Part shown: one piece after another, positions 1 to 33,561 of the stretch | Layout of the letters: each line of letters starts with the position of its first letter | Position numbering within the stretch: the stretch's first letter is position 1 | DNA from: the human T2T-CHM13v2.0 reference genome, Homo sapiens | Strand: one strand, 5' to 3' | DNA: 64,000 nucleotides | Assembly (NCBI RefSeq): GCF_009914755.1 | Contig: NC_060947.1 | The notes under the pieces: generated by a model | Seen by the model: the letters and a program-made list of their open reading frames with translations, nothing else | What the model was told of the DNA's origin: nothing | The model's database searches: none | Program-made: the position numbers and the translations under genes

Positions 1-56
1 TGCGGTGGCTCACGCCTGTAATCCCAATACTTTGAGAGGCCGAGGAGGGCAGATCA

Positions 57-920
<864 letters not shown>

Positions 921-924
921 TTAG

Positions 925-1810
925 CAAAAATGACAGAGTAGGGAACTCCAAAAGTCTATCCCTTCACAAAAGCGGAAAATAAACCAGCAAACAGTGTCAA
1001 AATCAACTTTATCAGAGCTCTGGAAACTAATCAAAAGCTTATGACAACTATACTTGTTCATGATGTCATGGAAAATGGCAAAACAGGGAACCCCAGGGCT
1101 CCATCTCTCCAAAATCAAACAACAAGCTGGCAAAGACTGTCAATTTTTGCAGAACTCTGGAATTTAGTCGAAAACTTACAACAAGCAGGGGAAAGCTTAA
1201 TGAAGAAAGAAGCAGCTACATTGCAGTAAAAGAATGCTCTGGTGTTTTTAATCACCTGCTTGCCAACTCCCTGCTTTAGATCAGCAGCAGCCATGAAGGT
1301 AGCATCCCACACTCCTGGTATAACTTTATAGTGCTGGAGGGAGCAATGCAGACCTTATTTCCAAATGTGATTTTATGCTTCAACCTGACTAGTGGTTCTC
1401 TCAAGAACTGGTGCAAGGACCTGCCTCATTTCACCCAACTTGGAGCATTCTCAGAAGCAGGTAGCTTTTGCTGAAAGTATTTGAAGGCACAATATTGTCT
1501 GGAGCAGCCTGGGGAAAGAGATAACAGTCAGAACAAATAATAGACTGAAGGAAGGAAGAAGATCGGAAAGGAAATATGTGGGGAAATAAGGGATTTTAAC
1601 AGCTCCTGTGTATACCAGAGAGTTGAAAAAGGCCACATGCACGCCAGGCGCTCATGCTCAGAAACATGCTCAGAAAAGGGCCGAGAAGAACCTAAGTTTT
1701 CACCTCTGGCTGACGTCAGGATCCATGTAAGCAGGAACTGAACGCCAAGGGAGAGCTGTAAACGAACTGGCTAAGCATTGAGTCCCCCAGTACAAAACTA
1801 GTCTGAAAAC
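925..1810 (+). mobile_element. Old LINE-1 5' region fragment (L1M4/L1MC-MD-like) with an internal ~150-bp repeat
   Basis: Two imperfect copies of gggaac...ctctggaa...aaa(a/g)ctta at ~940-1045 and ~1086-1180. Subfamily assignment is from memory. Confidence 0.45.
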
Positions 1811-2707
1811 GGAGTAATTTTTTCTTCCTCTTTTTTCTCTTTTTGCTTTCTTTTTTTCATTTTCATTATTTTGTGTGTGTGCGTACATAGTAGATGTATA
1901 TGTTTATGGGGTACGTGAGATAGTTTTGATGAGGCATGTAGTGCATAATAATCCCATCAGGGTAAATAGAGTACCCATCACCTCAAGCATTTATCCTTTG
2001 TGTTACAAACAATCCAATTATACTCTTTCAGTTATTTTTAAATGTACAATTAAATTATTGTTGACTATAGTCACCCTGTTATGCTATCAAATACTAGGTC
2101 TTATTCATTCTTTCTATTTTTTGTACTCAGTAACCATCCCCATTTCCCCTCCACTCCCCTACCACCCCGTTCCCAGCCTCTGGTGGCCATCCTTCTACTC
2201 TGTATCTCCATGAGTTCAATTGTTTTAATTTTTAGCTCCCGCAAATAAGTGAAAACATGTGCAGTTTGTCTTTCTGTGCCTGGCTTATTTCACTTAACAT
2301 AATCACCTCCAGGTACATCTTTGTTGTTGTAAATGACAAGATCTCACTCTTTTTATGGCTGGATAGTAGTCCATTGTGTATATGTACCAAATTTTATTTA
2401 TCTATTCATCTGCTGATTAACATTTAGGTTGCTTCCAAATCTTGGCTATTGTGAAATAATGCTGCAGTAAACATGGGAATGCAGATATATGTTCAATATA
2501 CTGATTTTCTTTCTTTAGAAGTGGGATTGCTGGATCGTATAGTAGCTCTATTTTTAGTTTTTTGAGGAAATCTCCCAACTGTTGTCCATAGTGGTTGTAC
2601 TAATTTACATTCCCACCGACAGTGTACAAGGGTTCCCTTTTCGCCACATCCTCACCAGCATTTGTTATTGCCTGTCTTTTGTATAAAAGCCAGTTTAACT
2701 GGGGTAA

Positions 2708-3256
<549 letters not shown>

Positions 3257-4076
3257 TGACCTTTTCATAAACCTGTTTGCCATTGGTATGTCTTCTTGTG
3301 ATAAACGTCTATTCAGATATTTGGCCCATTTTTAATTGGATTATTAGTTTTTTTTTTCTTATAGAGTTGTTTGAACTCCTTACATGTTCTGGTTATTAAT
3401 CCCTTGTCAGATGAGTACTTTGCAAATGTTTTCTCCCACCCTTGGGTTGTCTCTTCACTTTGTCGATTGTTTCCTTTCCTGTGCAGAAGCTTTTTAAATC
3501 ACTTGCCCATTTTGCTTTGGACTGTGCTTGTGGGTTACTCAAGAAATCTTTGCCCAGACCAACATCCTGGAGAGCTTCCCCAGTGTTTTCTTGTAGTAGT
3601 TTCATGGTTTGAGGTATTGGATTTAAGTCTTTAATCCATTTTGATTTGATTTTTGTAGATGGTGACAGATAGGGACCTAATTTCATTTTTTCTGCTTATG
3701 AATATCCAGTTTTCCCAGCACCATTTATTGAAGAGACTGTCTTTTCCCCAGCCTATTTTCTTGGCAACTTTGTCGAAAATGAGTTTCCTGTAGATGTATG
3801 GATTTGTTTCTCTATGTATGTATGGATTTGTTACTCTATGCTGTTCCATTGGTCCACATATGTCTGTTTTTATGCCAGTACCATGCTGTTTTGGTTACTA
3901 TAGCTCTGTAGTATAATTTGAAGTCAGGTAATGTAATTCCTCTAGTTTTGTTCTTTTTGCTGGGTATGGTTTTGGCTATTCTGGGTCGTTTATGGTTGCA
4001 TAAAAGTTTTAGGATTTTTTTTTCTATTTCTGTGAATGTCATTGGTACTTAGATAGGGATTGCATTGAATCTGTAG

Positions 4077-4230
<154 letters not shown>

Positions 4231-4287
4231 TAGCTGAGATTACAGGTATGTGTCACCATGCCTGGCCAATTTTTGTATTTTTAATAG

Positions 4288-4416
<129 letters not shown>

Positions 4417-4504
4417 TAACAACATTTATTTTACCAGTTCATGAACATGGAATATCTTTTCATTTTTTTGTGTCTTCTTCAAGTTCTTGCATCAATGTTT
4501 TATA

Positions 4505-4912
<408 letters not shown>

Positions 4913-5604
4913 TCACATCTTTGGTTAATTCCTAGGTGGGTTTTTTTTTTTTTTTTTCTGTAGCTATTGTAAATGGAATTGCTTTCTTGATTGCTTTTTC
5001 AGATTGTTCACTGTTGGCTTATAGAAATGCTACTGATTCTTGTATGTTAATTTTGTATCCTGCAACCTTACTGAATTTATCAGTTCTAATGGTTTTTTGG
5101 TGGAGTCTTTCGGTTTTTCCAAATATAAGATCATATTATCTGCAAACAAGGATAATTGGATTTCTTCCATTCCAATTTGGATGCCCTTTATATCTTTCTC
5201 TTCTTTGATTGCTCTAGCTAGGACTTCCAGTACTATGTTGAACAACAATGGTGACAGTGGGCATCCTTGTTGTGTTCCACATCTTAGAGAAAAGGCTTTC
5301 AGTTTTTCCCCATTCAGTATAATAATAGCCATGGGTCTGTCATATATCATCTTTATTACATTGAGGTATGTTCCTTCTATATCCAGTTTTTTTAGGGTTT
5401 TTATCATGAAGAAATGTTGAATTTTATCAAATGCTTTTTCAGCATCAATTGAAATCATCATATGGTGTTTTTTTGTTTTTGTTTCTGTTTCTTTTGAGAT
5501 GGAGTCTTGCACTGTTGCCCAGTTTGGAGTGCAGTGGCATAATCTCAGCTCACTGCAACCTCTGCCTCCCAGCTTCAAGTGATTCTCCTGCCTCAGACTC
5601 CTGA

Positions 5605-5832
<228 letters not shown>

Positions 5833-7349
5833 TAGTAGAGACGGGGTTTCACCGTGGTCTCGATCTCCTGACCTTGTGATCCGCCCACCTTGGCCTCCCA
5901 GAGTGCTGGGATTACAGGCTTGAGCCACCATGCCCACCCACATCATTTTTTATCCTCCATTGTGTTGATATGATGAATCATATTGATTGATCTGTGTATG
6001 TCTAATCAACCTTGCATCCCGGGGATAAATCCCACTTGGTCAGGATGAATGACCTTTTTAATGTGTTGTTGAATTCAGTTTGCTAGTATTTTGTTCAGGA
6101 TGTTTGCATCCATATTCATCAAAGAAATTGGCTTGTAGTTTTCTTTTTTTTTTTTTTATGTGTTTTGTCTAATTTTGGTATCAAGGTTAATACTAGCCTT
6201 GTAGAATGAGACTGGAAGTATTCCCTCCTCCTCTTCTTTTGGAATGGTTTGAGTAGAACTGGTATTACTTCTTCTTTTAATGTTTGGTAGAAGTCGTTAA
6301 TGAAGCCATTAGGTCCTGGGCTTTTCTTTGCTGGGAGACTTTTTATTATGCCGTCGATCTCATTACTTGTTATTCATCTGTTCAGGTTTTGGATTTCTTC
6401 CTGGTTCAATCCTTGTAGATTATATATGTCTAGAAATGTATCCATTTCTTCTAGATTTTCCAATTTATTGGCTCATAGTAGCCACTAATGATCCTTTGAG
6501 TTTCTGCAGTATCAGTTGTAATATCCCTTTTCATCTCTGATTTTATTTATTTGGGTCTTCTTTGGTTTTTACCCTCATTGTTCTGGCTAAGGGTTTGTCA
6601 ATTTTGTTTATTTTTAAAAAACCAACTTTTCCTTTCATTGATCTTTTGTATTGTTTTCTTCATTTTTATTTTATTTCTGCTCTGATCTATATTATTCATT
6701 TTCTTCTAGTAACTTTGGATTTTGTTTGCTCTTAGTTCTCTAGTTCTATAAGATTCATGGTTAGATTATTTATTTGAAGTTTTTCTTCTTTTTTGATGTA
6801 GGTGCTTATAGCTATAAACTTCCCTCTCACTACTGCTTTTGCTGTATCCCATAGGTTTTGGTATGTTGTGTTTCCATTATCATTTGTTTCAAGACATTTT
6901 TCAATTTTCTTTTTAATTTCTTCATTGACCCACTTGTCATTCAGGAGCATACTGTTTAATTTCCATGTGTTTGTATAGTTTCTAAAATCCCTCTCGTTAT
7001 TGATTTCTAGTTTTATTCCACTGTGGTCAGAGAAGATGCTTGATGCTATTTCAATGTTTAAAAATGTTTTAAGACTTGCTTTGTGACCTAACATATGGTT
7101 GTCCTTGAGAATGATCCATGTGCTAGGAGAAGAATGTGTATTTTGCAGCTGTTGGATGAAACGTTCTGTAAATATCTATTAGATTCACTTTTTCTATAGT
7201 GCAGATTAAGTCTGACATTTCTTTGTTGATTTTTCTGTCTGGAAAATCTGTCCAATGCTGAAAATGGGATATTGAAGACATGATTGTGCCACTGCACTCT
7301 AGCCTGGGCAACATCACAAGATCCCATCTCTAAGAAAAAAAAAAAAGAA

Positions 7350-7757
7350 GAAGAAAATGTGGTATATATACACAATGGGATACTATTCAGCTATAAAAAA
7401 GAATGAAATCATGTCATTTGTAGCAACATAAATGGAACTAGCTAGATGTCATTATATTAAATAAGCCAGGCACAGAAAGACAAATACTACATATTCTCAC
7501 TCATATGTTGGAAACGAAAAAAGTTGACCTCATAGAAATAGAGAAGAGAATCATAGACACCAGAGGCTGGAAAGGGTGTGTGGGTGGGAGGGGGGTGATA
7601 AAAAAAGGTTGGTTAATGGATCCAGTCATACAGTTAGAAGAAATACGTTCTAATGTTCCATAACAGAGTAGGGTCACTAGAGTTAGCAACAATATATTGT
7701 ATATTTCAAAGTAGCTAGAAGAGAGTATTTGAAACGTTACCAACATGTAGAAATGAC
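7350..7757 (+). mobile_element. L1MA 3' end fragment
   Basis: aaatgtggtatatatacacaatgg...tactattcagc...gaatgaaatcatgtcatttg is a typical L1 3' end. Confidence 0.75.
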
Positions 7758-7777
7758 ATGCCAGGCACAGTGGCTCA

Positions 7778-8146
<369 letters not shown>

Positions 8147-8442
8147 TTAAGACCCTTAAAATGTCATACTTTCTTTACTTAGTAAGTCCACTTCAGAGTA
8201 ACTCCCCTAAAAGGGTTTATCTGAAGTGCACACAATATTTTATGGGCAAAGATGAGCTTTACCAGGTTATTTGTCATAGGAAATAAATGGAAAGGATCTA
8301 AATGTGCAACATTTGAGGAATATTGTGGTGAACTTTATGATTTGTACATACTATGAAGCCTTTAAAATGATATGGAAGAGGCTGGGCGCGGTGGCTCACA
8401 CTTGTAATCCCAGCACTTTAGGAGGCCGAGGCAGGCGGATCA

Positions 8443-8790
<348 letters not shown>

Positions 8791-8931
8791 TCAAAGCTCC
8801 ATCACTGGCCATATGATTTTGGGCAAATCACCTAAGAGTCTTCCTAAGCCCCACTTTTCTCATCTATAAAAATAGGACCAAGAGCAGTTTCTAACCCACT
8901 GGTTTTTTTTTTTTTTAAATAGCATTATTCA

Positions 8932-9298
<367 letters not shown>

Positions 9299-9785
9299 TC
9301 ACAATAACCCCAGGATGTAGGTTTTTACTACTGAGGACATGGAATCAGAGAGAGGATGAGTCACTTGTGCAATGCCACATGGCTAGTAAGTGGTGAACTG
9401 GGACTCAAACACAGAAAGTTTGATTTCAAAACCCATACTCCTGACAACAACACTAAAATGTTAGTTGTCATTTACACTGTTATTGCAGCTATTGCTGCTG
9501 CTTAATAACATAGGAAAATGCTTATGGTAAAATGTTGAGCAAAAAAAAAAAGAATACAAGTTTTTATGTATAGGATTATTCTGATTTTGTTTTGAATTTT
9601 TGTATTGTGCATATACATGCATCGATAAAACACTGGAAGAAAATATACCAATATATTAAAATGATTATCTCTTGGGTACAGTGTTTAGAACAATCCTGGC
9701 ACATAGAAAATGTTAAGTATTATCTCCAGGATCATTCGTTTTGATGTTCTAAAGATTCAATAAAATGGTCTAAATGTGAATTTAG

Positions 9786-10093
<308 letters not shown>

Positions 10094-10444
10094 TGATCCA
10101 CCTGCCTCGGCCTCCCAAAGTGCTGGGATTACAGGCGTGAGCCACTGCGCCTGGCCCGAGAATTCACATTTTTAAATAATCAGTTCTAGAATACCCTCAG
10201 TCATTACTTCTTTGAATATTACTTTTAAAATTTGTCCTGCATGTTTCTTTACCTCTTTTCATATTTTTTATTTCTTAATCTCTCTGTGTTGCATTCTATA
10301 TATCTATTTTTCCAGTTACCACTTTTCTCTTTAATTGTGCCCAATCTGTGGTTTAACATGTCCATTGAGTTCTTAAATTTAAAACTTTTTTTCATGTCTA
10401 GAGTTCTTTTTCAATACTACCTGGCCTTTTAAAACTAGTGTACT

Positions 10445-10947
<503 letters not shown>

Positions 10948-11527
10948 ATGTCTTGTTCTTTTCTTACATTTTCAATTATATCTTTAATCATTTTAAGCAA
11001 TTTTATAGTGTGTATTAGATTGCATATTTCGGGGTCTAATTCTATGTGTTGTGTCTTCAGACATTTGATTATGGTGTGGTGTTTTTTCATGTGTTTTGTA
11101 ATTTTTTATTTTAAATTGTGTTCAGTGCAGCTTTACTTGTGGGGATCTTGTGAGGGATATGTCTCTCTAGAGCTGTTTTATGTTGCTTCTGCTTGGTAGG
11201 AATAACAATAGTTATACTCTTAAGTGCGTATACACTTTGTACTCATTTTTTAGTGTGGAGGGTTCCTGGACAGTGTAGGAGTTATAAATTTTGAATCCCA
11301 AACCCATGTGAAAGCAGGCCTCAGAGGGAGACCCTGTTTTCTACCTTCTTACAGCCCAGGTTGTCTTCCTATACTAGTGAATGAATTTTTGTCTAGTTCA
11401 ACCTTATTGAAGGTGTTGTCCTTTGAAACTCCCAACTTCCTACAGGTGTTTCAGTTCCAACCTCCTGCCTTACTTAGGCCCAAGGCTCTGTCTCCTGCCT
11501 CTACAGGCCATCAGAACCTAAGCACGT

Positions 11528-11630
11528 GTGCTTGCTTCAGCAGCACATGTACTGGAATTAGAATGATGCAGAGAAGATTAGCATGGTCCCTGCACAAGGA
11601 TGATGCACAAATCCGTGAAGTATTCCATAT
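11528..11630 (+). pseudogene. RNU6: U6 snRNA retro-pseudogene
   Basis: gtgcttgcttcagcagcacat...gagaagattagcatggtccc...ttccatat is a full-length U6 copy with many substitutions (ACAGAGA box reads GCAGAGA). It is followed by A-rich sequence rather than a T-run. Confidence 0.93.
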
Positions 11631-11649
11631 AAAAACAAAGAAGAAGAAG

Positions 11650-21007
<9,358 letters not shown>

Positions 21008-21891
21008 CCTGAACACCTTATTTAATGAGATAACCAAGCAACCTGCACCCCACCCCACCCCCACCCCTAGTGGAACAACTGACATTTTAACTCCTACCCA
21101 ATGCTCTGGTTTTGGGTTTTTGCACTTTGTTTTGACCCCTGGGGATTTCCTTTACTTACTTGCAAGTTCAGCTGTACATTTAAAAGGATTTTATATTGTA
21201 TTTGGTATTTCTAAGTGTTTTGTAGTGTGGGAGGACTTTCATTCAGGTTATTTTGGCTACCATATTACTGGAAATGGACATCAAAGATTATTTTAAAAGG
21301 AAAATAATTTTAGGATGGCAAGCAGCATTGGCTTAAATGCCAATATTAGATTGAATTCTTAAAGAATTTTTATTTAGAAGGACATCCTCCTTTCTTTCAT
21401 AGAAGAAGGTAAATGGATTTTTTTCTGCCCTATTTTATCTTTAAATATTTTGGCTTGCCTAAAAAAGTAAACAAAACAGTCGACCTGCCAGCCACTATAT
21501 ATAATATGAATATATACATTCATATTTATGTAGAATAATTTGGGAGAAGTTCTAGTAATCTGGTGCAACTTAAATGCAAGGTAGACATTGAAGAATCTCT
21601 GGAGACGAGAATCACAAGGTAGACATGGACTACATAATTATGCCACGCTAAGGAGTTTAGATTTTATTTTGAAGGTGATGGGGAACCTCTCTATCTATAT
21701 ATGAATCTTGGCATATTTGGCAGAATACCAGTTTTCTTGCCAGTTTCTTAAAAGAAGACTTTCTTGAAATGGACTGTAGTGGGGGTGAGGAGAAGGATAC
21801 ATCTTACACATGTGCATGTGTATTCTGGATGGGTATGAGAATCTTGATAAGATTAACGGTTCTCAAGTTTTGTTTTTTGTTTTTTTTTTGA

Positions 21892-22052
<161 letters not shown>

Positions 22053-22853
22053 TAGTAGAGACGGGGTTTCACCGTGTGTTAGCTAAGATGGTCTCGATCT
22101 CCTGACCTCGTGATCCGCCCGCCTCAGCCTCCCAAAGTTCTGAGATTACAGGTGTGAGCCACCGTGCCCAGCGGTTCTCAACTTTTTATGGTGAACTCTG
22201 CCCCACAAATAAGAGGTGCTTGGCATGCTTCTTAGAAAAGAGAGAGTAACTTATTTCCTTTCACACATGTCAGGAAGAAGATGTAATGTAATATGGATAA
22301 AGAGCAGATTGTTTATGGTAAGTCTTGAGTGGTCATCCTCTTTTGTTTCCTCTTACTCCTCATATTCAGAACCTAGTCTGTCTGTCTGGGAATTACATTT
22401 CTACCTTAGAAATCGACTAAGTCTCTACTCCAGTCTTGTCCTTGTTGACTTCAGCACTCACGTGATTGTAATCTTCTGGAATTAGGTGCTTAAAATATTT
22501 GAGAGGTTCCCCATCACCTTCAAAATAAAATCTAAACTCCTTAGCGTGGCATAACTATGTAGTCCATGTCTACCTTGTGGTCCTCATTTCTAGAGATTCT
22601 CCGATGTCTGCCTCGCATTTACATTGCACCAGATTACTAGAACTTCCCCCAAATTCTATATATTAGACCTAAGCTTGTGATTTTTATTTATTTATTTATT
22701 TATTTGAGACGGAGTATCGCTCTTGTCGCCCAGGCTGGACTGCAATAGGGCCATCTCGGCTTTGCAACCTCCGCCTCCAAGGTTCAAGCGATTCTCCTGT
22801 CTTAGACTCCCGAGCAGCTAGGATTACAAGCATGTGCCACCACCCCCGGCTAA

Positions 22854-22994
<141 letters not shown>

Positions 22995-23001
22995 TGATTT
23001 T

Positions 23002-24822
<1,821 letters not shown>

Positions 24823-24973
24823 CCAAGCTTCTGATTTTAATGAAAATATTTCCTGGCTGGGCTCAGTGGCTCATGCCTGTAATCCCAGCACTTTGGGAAG
24901 CCGAGGTGGGCGGATCATAATGTCAGGAGTTCAAGACCAGCCTGGCCAATATGGTGAAACCCCATCTCTACTA

Positions 24974-25230
<257 letters not shown>

Positions 25231-25519
25231 TTAAACTTAATTGCTGTGAGTTATAATTTATCTATTTTTCAATATTTTTTCAACTCCTGTAATGTTCCGG
25301 GAAAAAGTTAACTATTCAAGAATACATAAAAGCCTGTATATGGAACTTGTATTTTGCCTTTTGCCTCAGGCTCCGATATGGTTGGTTCAGTATGGCACTG
25401 TTACTGGTCCTGTCTTTATTAAAAATATTGATATTTTGTTCATTATGGACTTTTGCATTAATTTGATTTTTAAAATATTTCATTAAAACATCTTTCCTCA
25501 GGCCAGGCGTGGTGACTCA

Positions 25520-25902
<383 letters not shown>

Positions 25903-25996
25903 CTATTCCCAGCCCTGCTAGAGGTCCTTAGATGTAAATAACCTATTTGATATGCCAGTGTTGTGTGGGAAGTATAATTCTTTTTTTAAAAAAGAG

Positions 25997-27558
<1,562 letters not shown>

Positions 27559-28002
27559 TCTATTTGAGACTAGGGGATATCTGAAAGTACTGTAGTTGAA
27601 ATATAAGTTTTTTATTCCTAAAAGTGGTTTCTATCACACATCCCCACTTTTTAGTACAGAGTTTATAGTGCTGAAATGGAGAGAAATTTTGTTATTTTTT
27701 AAAATAATATGTATTTTTCTGAATAGGTAATTCATTCACATGATTCAAAACTCAAAAGGCATAAAGAAAAGATAAATGGCAAAAAGTCTCCCACCCCTAC
27801 TCCCCAACCACCCAGTTCTTTTCCCCAGAGGCAATCAATATTAACAATATCCTTCAAGAGTTAATTAATGCTTATTCAAGCAAATATGCATACATATATT
27901 TTAATCCCCCCCCCTTTTTACACAAATGGTAGTCTTTAATCTTGCTTTTTAACTTTAACAATATGTATTGGAGCTCATTCCATAACAATTTATAAAGAAG
28001 TT

Positions 28003-28097
28003 TGTGATGGTTAATAATGAGTGTCAACCTGATTGGATTGAAGGATACAAAGTATTGATCCTGGGTGTGTCTGTGAGGGTGTTGAGTCAGTGGGCTG
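28003..28097 (+). mobile_element. MLT2A-like (ERVL) LTR 5' fragment
   Basis: tgtgatggttaata...gtgtcaacctgattggattgaaggatacaaagtattgatcctgggtgtgtctgtgagggtgttg. Confidence 0.75.
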
Positions 28098-29051
28098 CTA
28101 TTCCTTGAAAATGGCAAGTGAGTCATGGCAGTACTCGGGAAAAGTACATACTACATGGAAATGACTGCACTCCAGCCTTGGAAACAGAGCGAGATCTCAT
28201 CTTAAAAAAAAAAAAAGGTATTACAATGGGGAAAAATTGGTTTTTAAGAAAAGGACCATCGATTGTTTTCCATTATTCCATGTAAAGACTATTTTACATG
28301 GAGTTCATTGATTTGTTAACTTTAGAATTCAAATTCCTTATGGAGTTTATTGTAAATAAAGAGCAAGTTTTTGCTTGATTTCCTTCTGTTATCCCTAATA
28401 CATAGACTCACTTTCAGAGTGTGCTTGGTAAAACCTGGAAGCTTGAAGATGAGCCTTAGGCATCACTGGCAGTGCAGGTGGGTGACAACACAACAGTAGG
28501 AAGGCTTCCAGATACTAACCACCAGAGTAGCTTGGCTTTTCTGCTTTACATAACAGGCTTCTAAGTAAGATTTCATTTCATGAAAAGGGTCTGCTAATCC
28601 AATTCTTTTGTTTTACAACTGAGTTTTGAATTTTCTACCTTGAATATTTGAAATGAGGACTTTGAATGTCATCAGGGCTAACAGTACCACCTATCAAAGT
28701 TCTGAAACTGCATTTCTCAGATTGACAAAACAAACAAAAGCCCAAATTGTTGCCTTGGGGCTTATTAATCTCAGACAGGGGATTTGTTACACCTTTTCTT
28801 TTCCATTGTCTTTGTGCCCAGTAGTGTCAAAACACATAATTGGTGCTCAAGTTTACTGTATGAATCTGACAGACCTTTCTCATGACATATATTCGCTGAG
28901 CAAGCAATACTGTAAAGCTAAGACATTTAAATTTGTGTGTACAAGTAATGAGAACACTTTAATACTAAATAAGGTGGGGCGCAGTGGCTCACGCCTATAA
29001 TCCCAGCACTTTGGGAGGCCGAGGCAGGTGGATCACGAGGTCAGGAGATCA

Positions 29052-29375
<324 letters not shown>

Positions 29376-30334
29376 TCACTGTCACCCAGGCTGGAGTGCA
29401 GTAGCGTGATCATGGGTCACTGCAGCCTCGACCTCCACAGGCTCAGGTGATCCTCTCGCCTCAGCCTCCCATGTATCTGGGACTACAGGTATGTGCCACC
29501 ATGCTCAGCTAATTTTTGTATTTTTTGTAGAGATGGGGTCTTGGCATGTTGCCTAGGCTGGTCTCAAACTCCTGGGCTCAAGCAATCCTCCCACTTCAGC
29601 CTCCCAAAGTACTGAGATTATAGATGTGAGCCACCGTGCCTGGCCTCACATTAAATTTTGTAGGGAAAAAAAAGTCAACGGGGACATATAGTTACAAGGT
29701 ATATGCATTTTAAAGTCTCATTTTCCTGGATTTCAAAATGCCATTATTCTTACTACTACTGCTACTGTTACAACTTCTTCACCATGTGATGTTGCCCAAA
29801 GAGCAGCCAGACCCTCCTAAAATTAAGTTATGTTACATCATTCATCTGTTAAAATCCCTCAAATGGCTCCCCACCTTGCTTAGTAAAAGCCCAAAGTCCT
29901 TGCCATGGCCTACAAGGCCCCACATAATCAGTGCACACACACCCGTCACCCTGATCCATTGCATGCGTTTTTCTCCAACCTTATTTCTTTTTTTTTTTTT
30001 TTTGAGATGGAGTCTCACTCTCTCACCCAGGCTGGAGCGGCTCACTGCAATCTCTGCCTCCTGGGTTCAAGTGGTTCTCCTGCCTCAGCTTCCCAAGTAG
30101 CTGGGATTACAGGCACCTGCCACCACACCTGGCTAATTTTTGTATTTTTTGCAGAGACAGGGTTTCACCATGTTGGCCAGGCTGGTCTTGAACTCCTGAC
30201 CTCAGGTGATCCATCCATCTCGGCCTCCCAAAGTGCTGGGATTACAGGCATGAGCCCACCGCACCCGGTCTCTCCAACCTTATTTCTTACCATTCTCTTT
30301 CACTCACTTTACTCCAGCTATAATGACCTCTTGA

Positions 30335-31039
<705 letters not shown>

Positions 31040-31248
31040 TAACTGTGTTTTCATAATGATTTAAAAAAAATTCCAGCTGGGTGCGGTGGCTCACGCCTGT
31101 AATCCCAGCACTTTGGGAGGCCAAGGTGGGCAGATCATGAGGTCAGGAGTTTGAGACCAGCCTGACCAACATGGTGAAACCCCGTCTCTACTAAAAGTAC
31201 AAAAATTAGCCAGGCATGGTGGCGTGCGCCTGTAATCCCAGCTACTCA

Positions 31249-31401
<153 letters not shown>

Positions 31402-31798
31402 CTAAACAGGGACTTGAAGCTTTTAGAGATGTTCATTTCCCCAGATTTCATGGATTTGCACTAGAGGCTCCCAACAAGTAGGTCCATTTTAGGTCTATAC
31501 TCCAGTCTACAAGGATTTGAAATAAGAGGAGAATCCAGTCAATACAACCTCTACTATACTCACGGACTTGACTGCCAGCACATAACCGCTTCCCTCCCCA
31601 TCTCATCTCTAGGTTCTCTTTTCTCTCAAAAAGGTCAGGAACCCCTGGAATACTGTGCTGTACCTTACACAGAGCAGGTACCCAGACTGACTGACTACAT
31701 TTTAACCTTGGAATCAGCCCATGCTAAATCTCTCCGGGTTGCAGATAATAACTGCAATAGGATGCCTTCTCAATCACAGAGTTGAATCTTATATAGCT

Positions 31799-31804
31799 TT
31801 TATT
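31799..31804 (-). terminator. TIMM8A: TIMM8A polyadenylation signal
   Basis: AATAAA on the minus strand ~820 nt after the stop codon. Confidence 0.7.
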
Positions 31805-32619
31805 TCAGTGATCAGAAGAATGCAGTAAATGGAATCTACACTAACTAACATTAGGCATGCACCTCTACCTGAAACTGCTGTTAGCTTCTGATTGGCCTAA
31901 ATCTTTATAACTTATTTAGGCACATCACTGAATTTTTTGTACCCTGATATACAGGGTAAGTTAATTTCTTCCTTGTGGCAGTCTAGTAATAAGAATTATG
32001 TTCACTGGCTAGATTCCTTTATAACTAAAGGCCTCTAGACTCTCAGGCTGCCTACCCTACCTTGAGACTTACTTAATATGGATATTTAAGCAAATCATCA
32101 TATAGGAAAGGGAGATCAAGATAACTGAAGTGTACTGTATAAACACTCTTACAGATATTTTTCTCCAGCATTGACAATCAAACACTAGATAAGGATACCA
32201 AATTATTCTTCCCCTACTTCTGCCCTTTCTGATAAACACAAGGATCTCCCCTGAAATCAGAAATGACTCCACACAAATGAGAGATTTTTACGTATGTGGT
32301 CCCACTATCAAAATTATAGGAAGCAGTTAATGGGGCTTTGAGAAAAGCATAGTCCCATGTACAGTAATATGCATCTAAATAGAGTTTTCTTTCGCCTGTC
32401 AATTATTTTCACAAGATTAGCATTAAAAAATACAAGCAAACATATGACCCTTAAGCTTCACACACAAAAAATTGGTCTTTGTTCATTCTCAGATGACAGG
32501 ATGTCCCAAGAGTAACAAAAGATGGGAGCCAATCCTCTCATAGCTGTTTCTTCAATCATCCCATCAACAGCTCTTCATTTCTTGAACTACCTTCCTTTTC
32601 CAAAGAGGTAATGCTGAGA

Positions 32620-32952
<333 letters not shown>

Positions 32953-33351
32953 CTAGCCTTACATTAAATTCTTACAACAATACTATGGAATAGATACTAT
33001 TATAAATCCTCATTTTACAAAGAGGAAAACTGTGGCACAGAGATACTTTACCCAAAATCATAGGGCCAGAAAATGGCAGAGCTGGGATATTCCAGAGCAA
33101 GAAAATGGCAAAATATAAGTGAAGTAACCTTTCAATGAATTTGGTTTTAACTCCACAATGCTGTTTGAACTAAATGCCTTTAAGTTAACTACAGAATAAA
33201 AGGGTGAAAGGATAAATCATTTCAGCAAGGTACCCTAAAACCTACCAAAGAAGAAAAAAAATATGACTTGAGATTCTATAACCTTGTCTACTTAAGCTAG
33301 AGATTCTTGAATCCTGTCATGATGAATGGAAAATTGAATGCATTTTCCTAA

Positions 33352-33561
<210 letters not shown>

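Noticed and set aside
11528-11630. Possible functional U6 gene
   Set aside because: ACAGAGA box mutated, no T-run terminator, no evident upstream PSE/TATA, and an A-rich 3' end.
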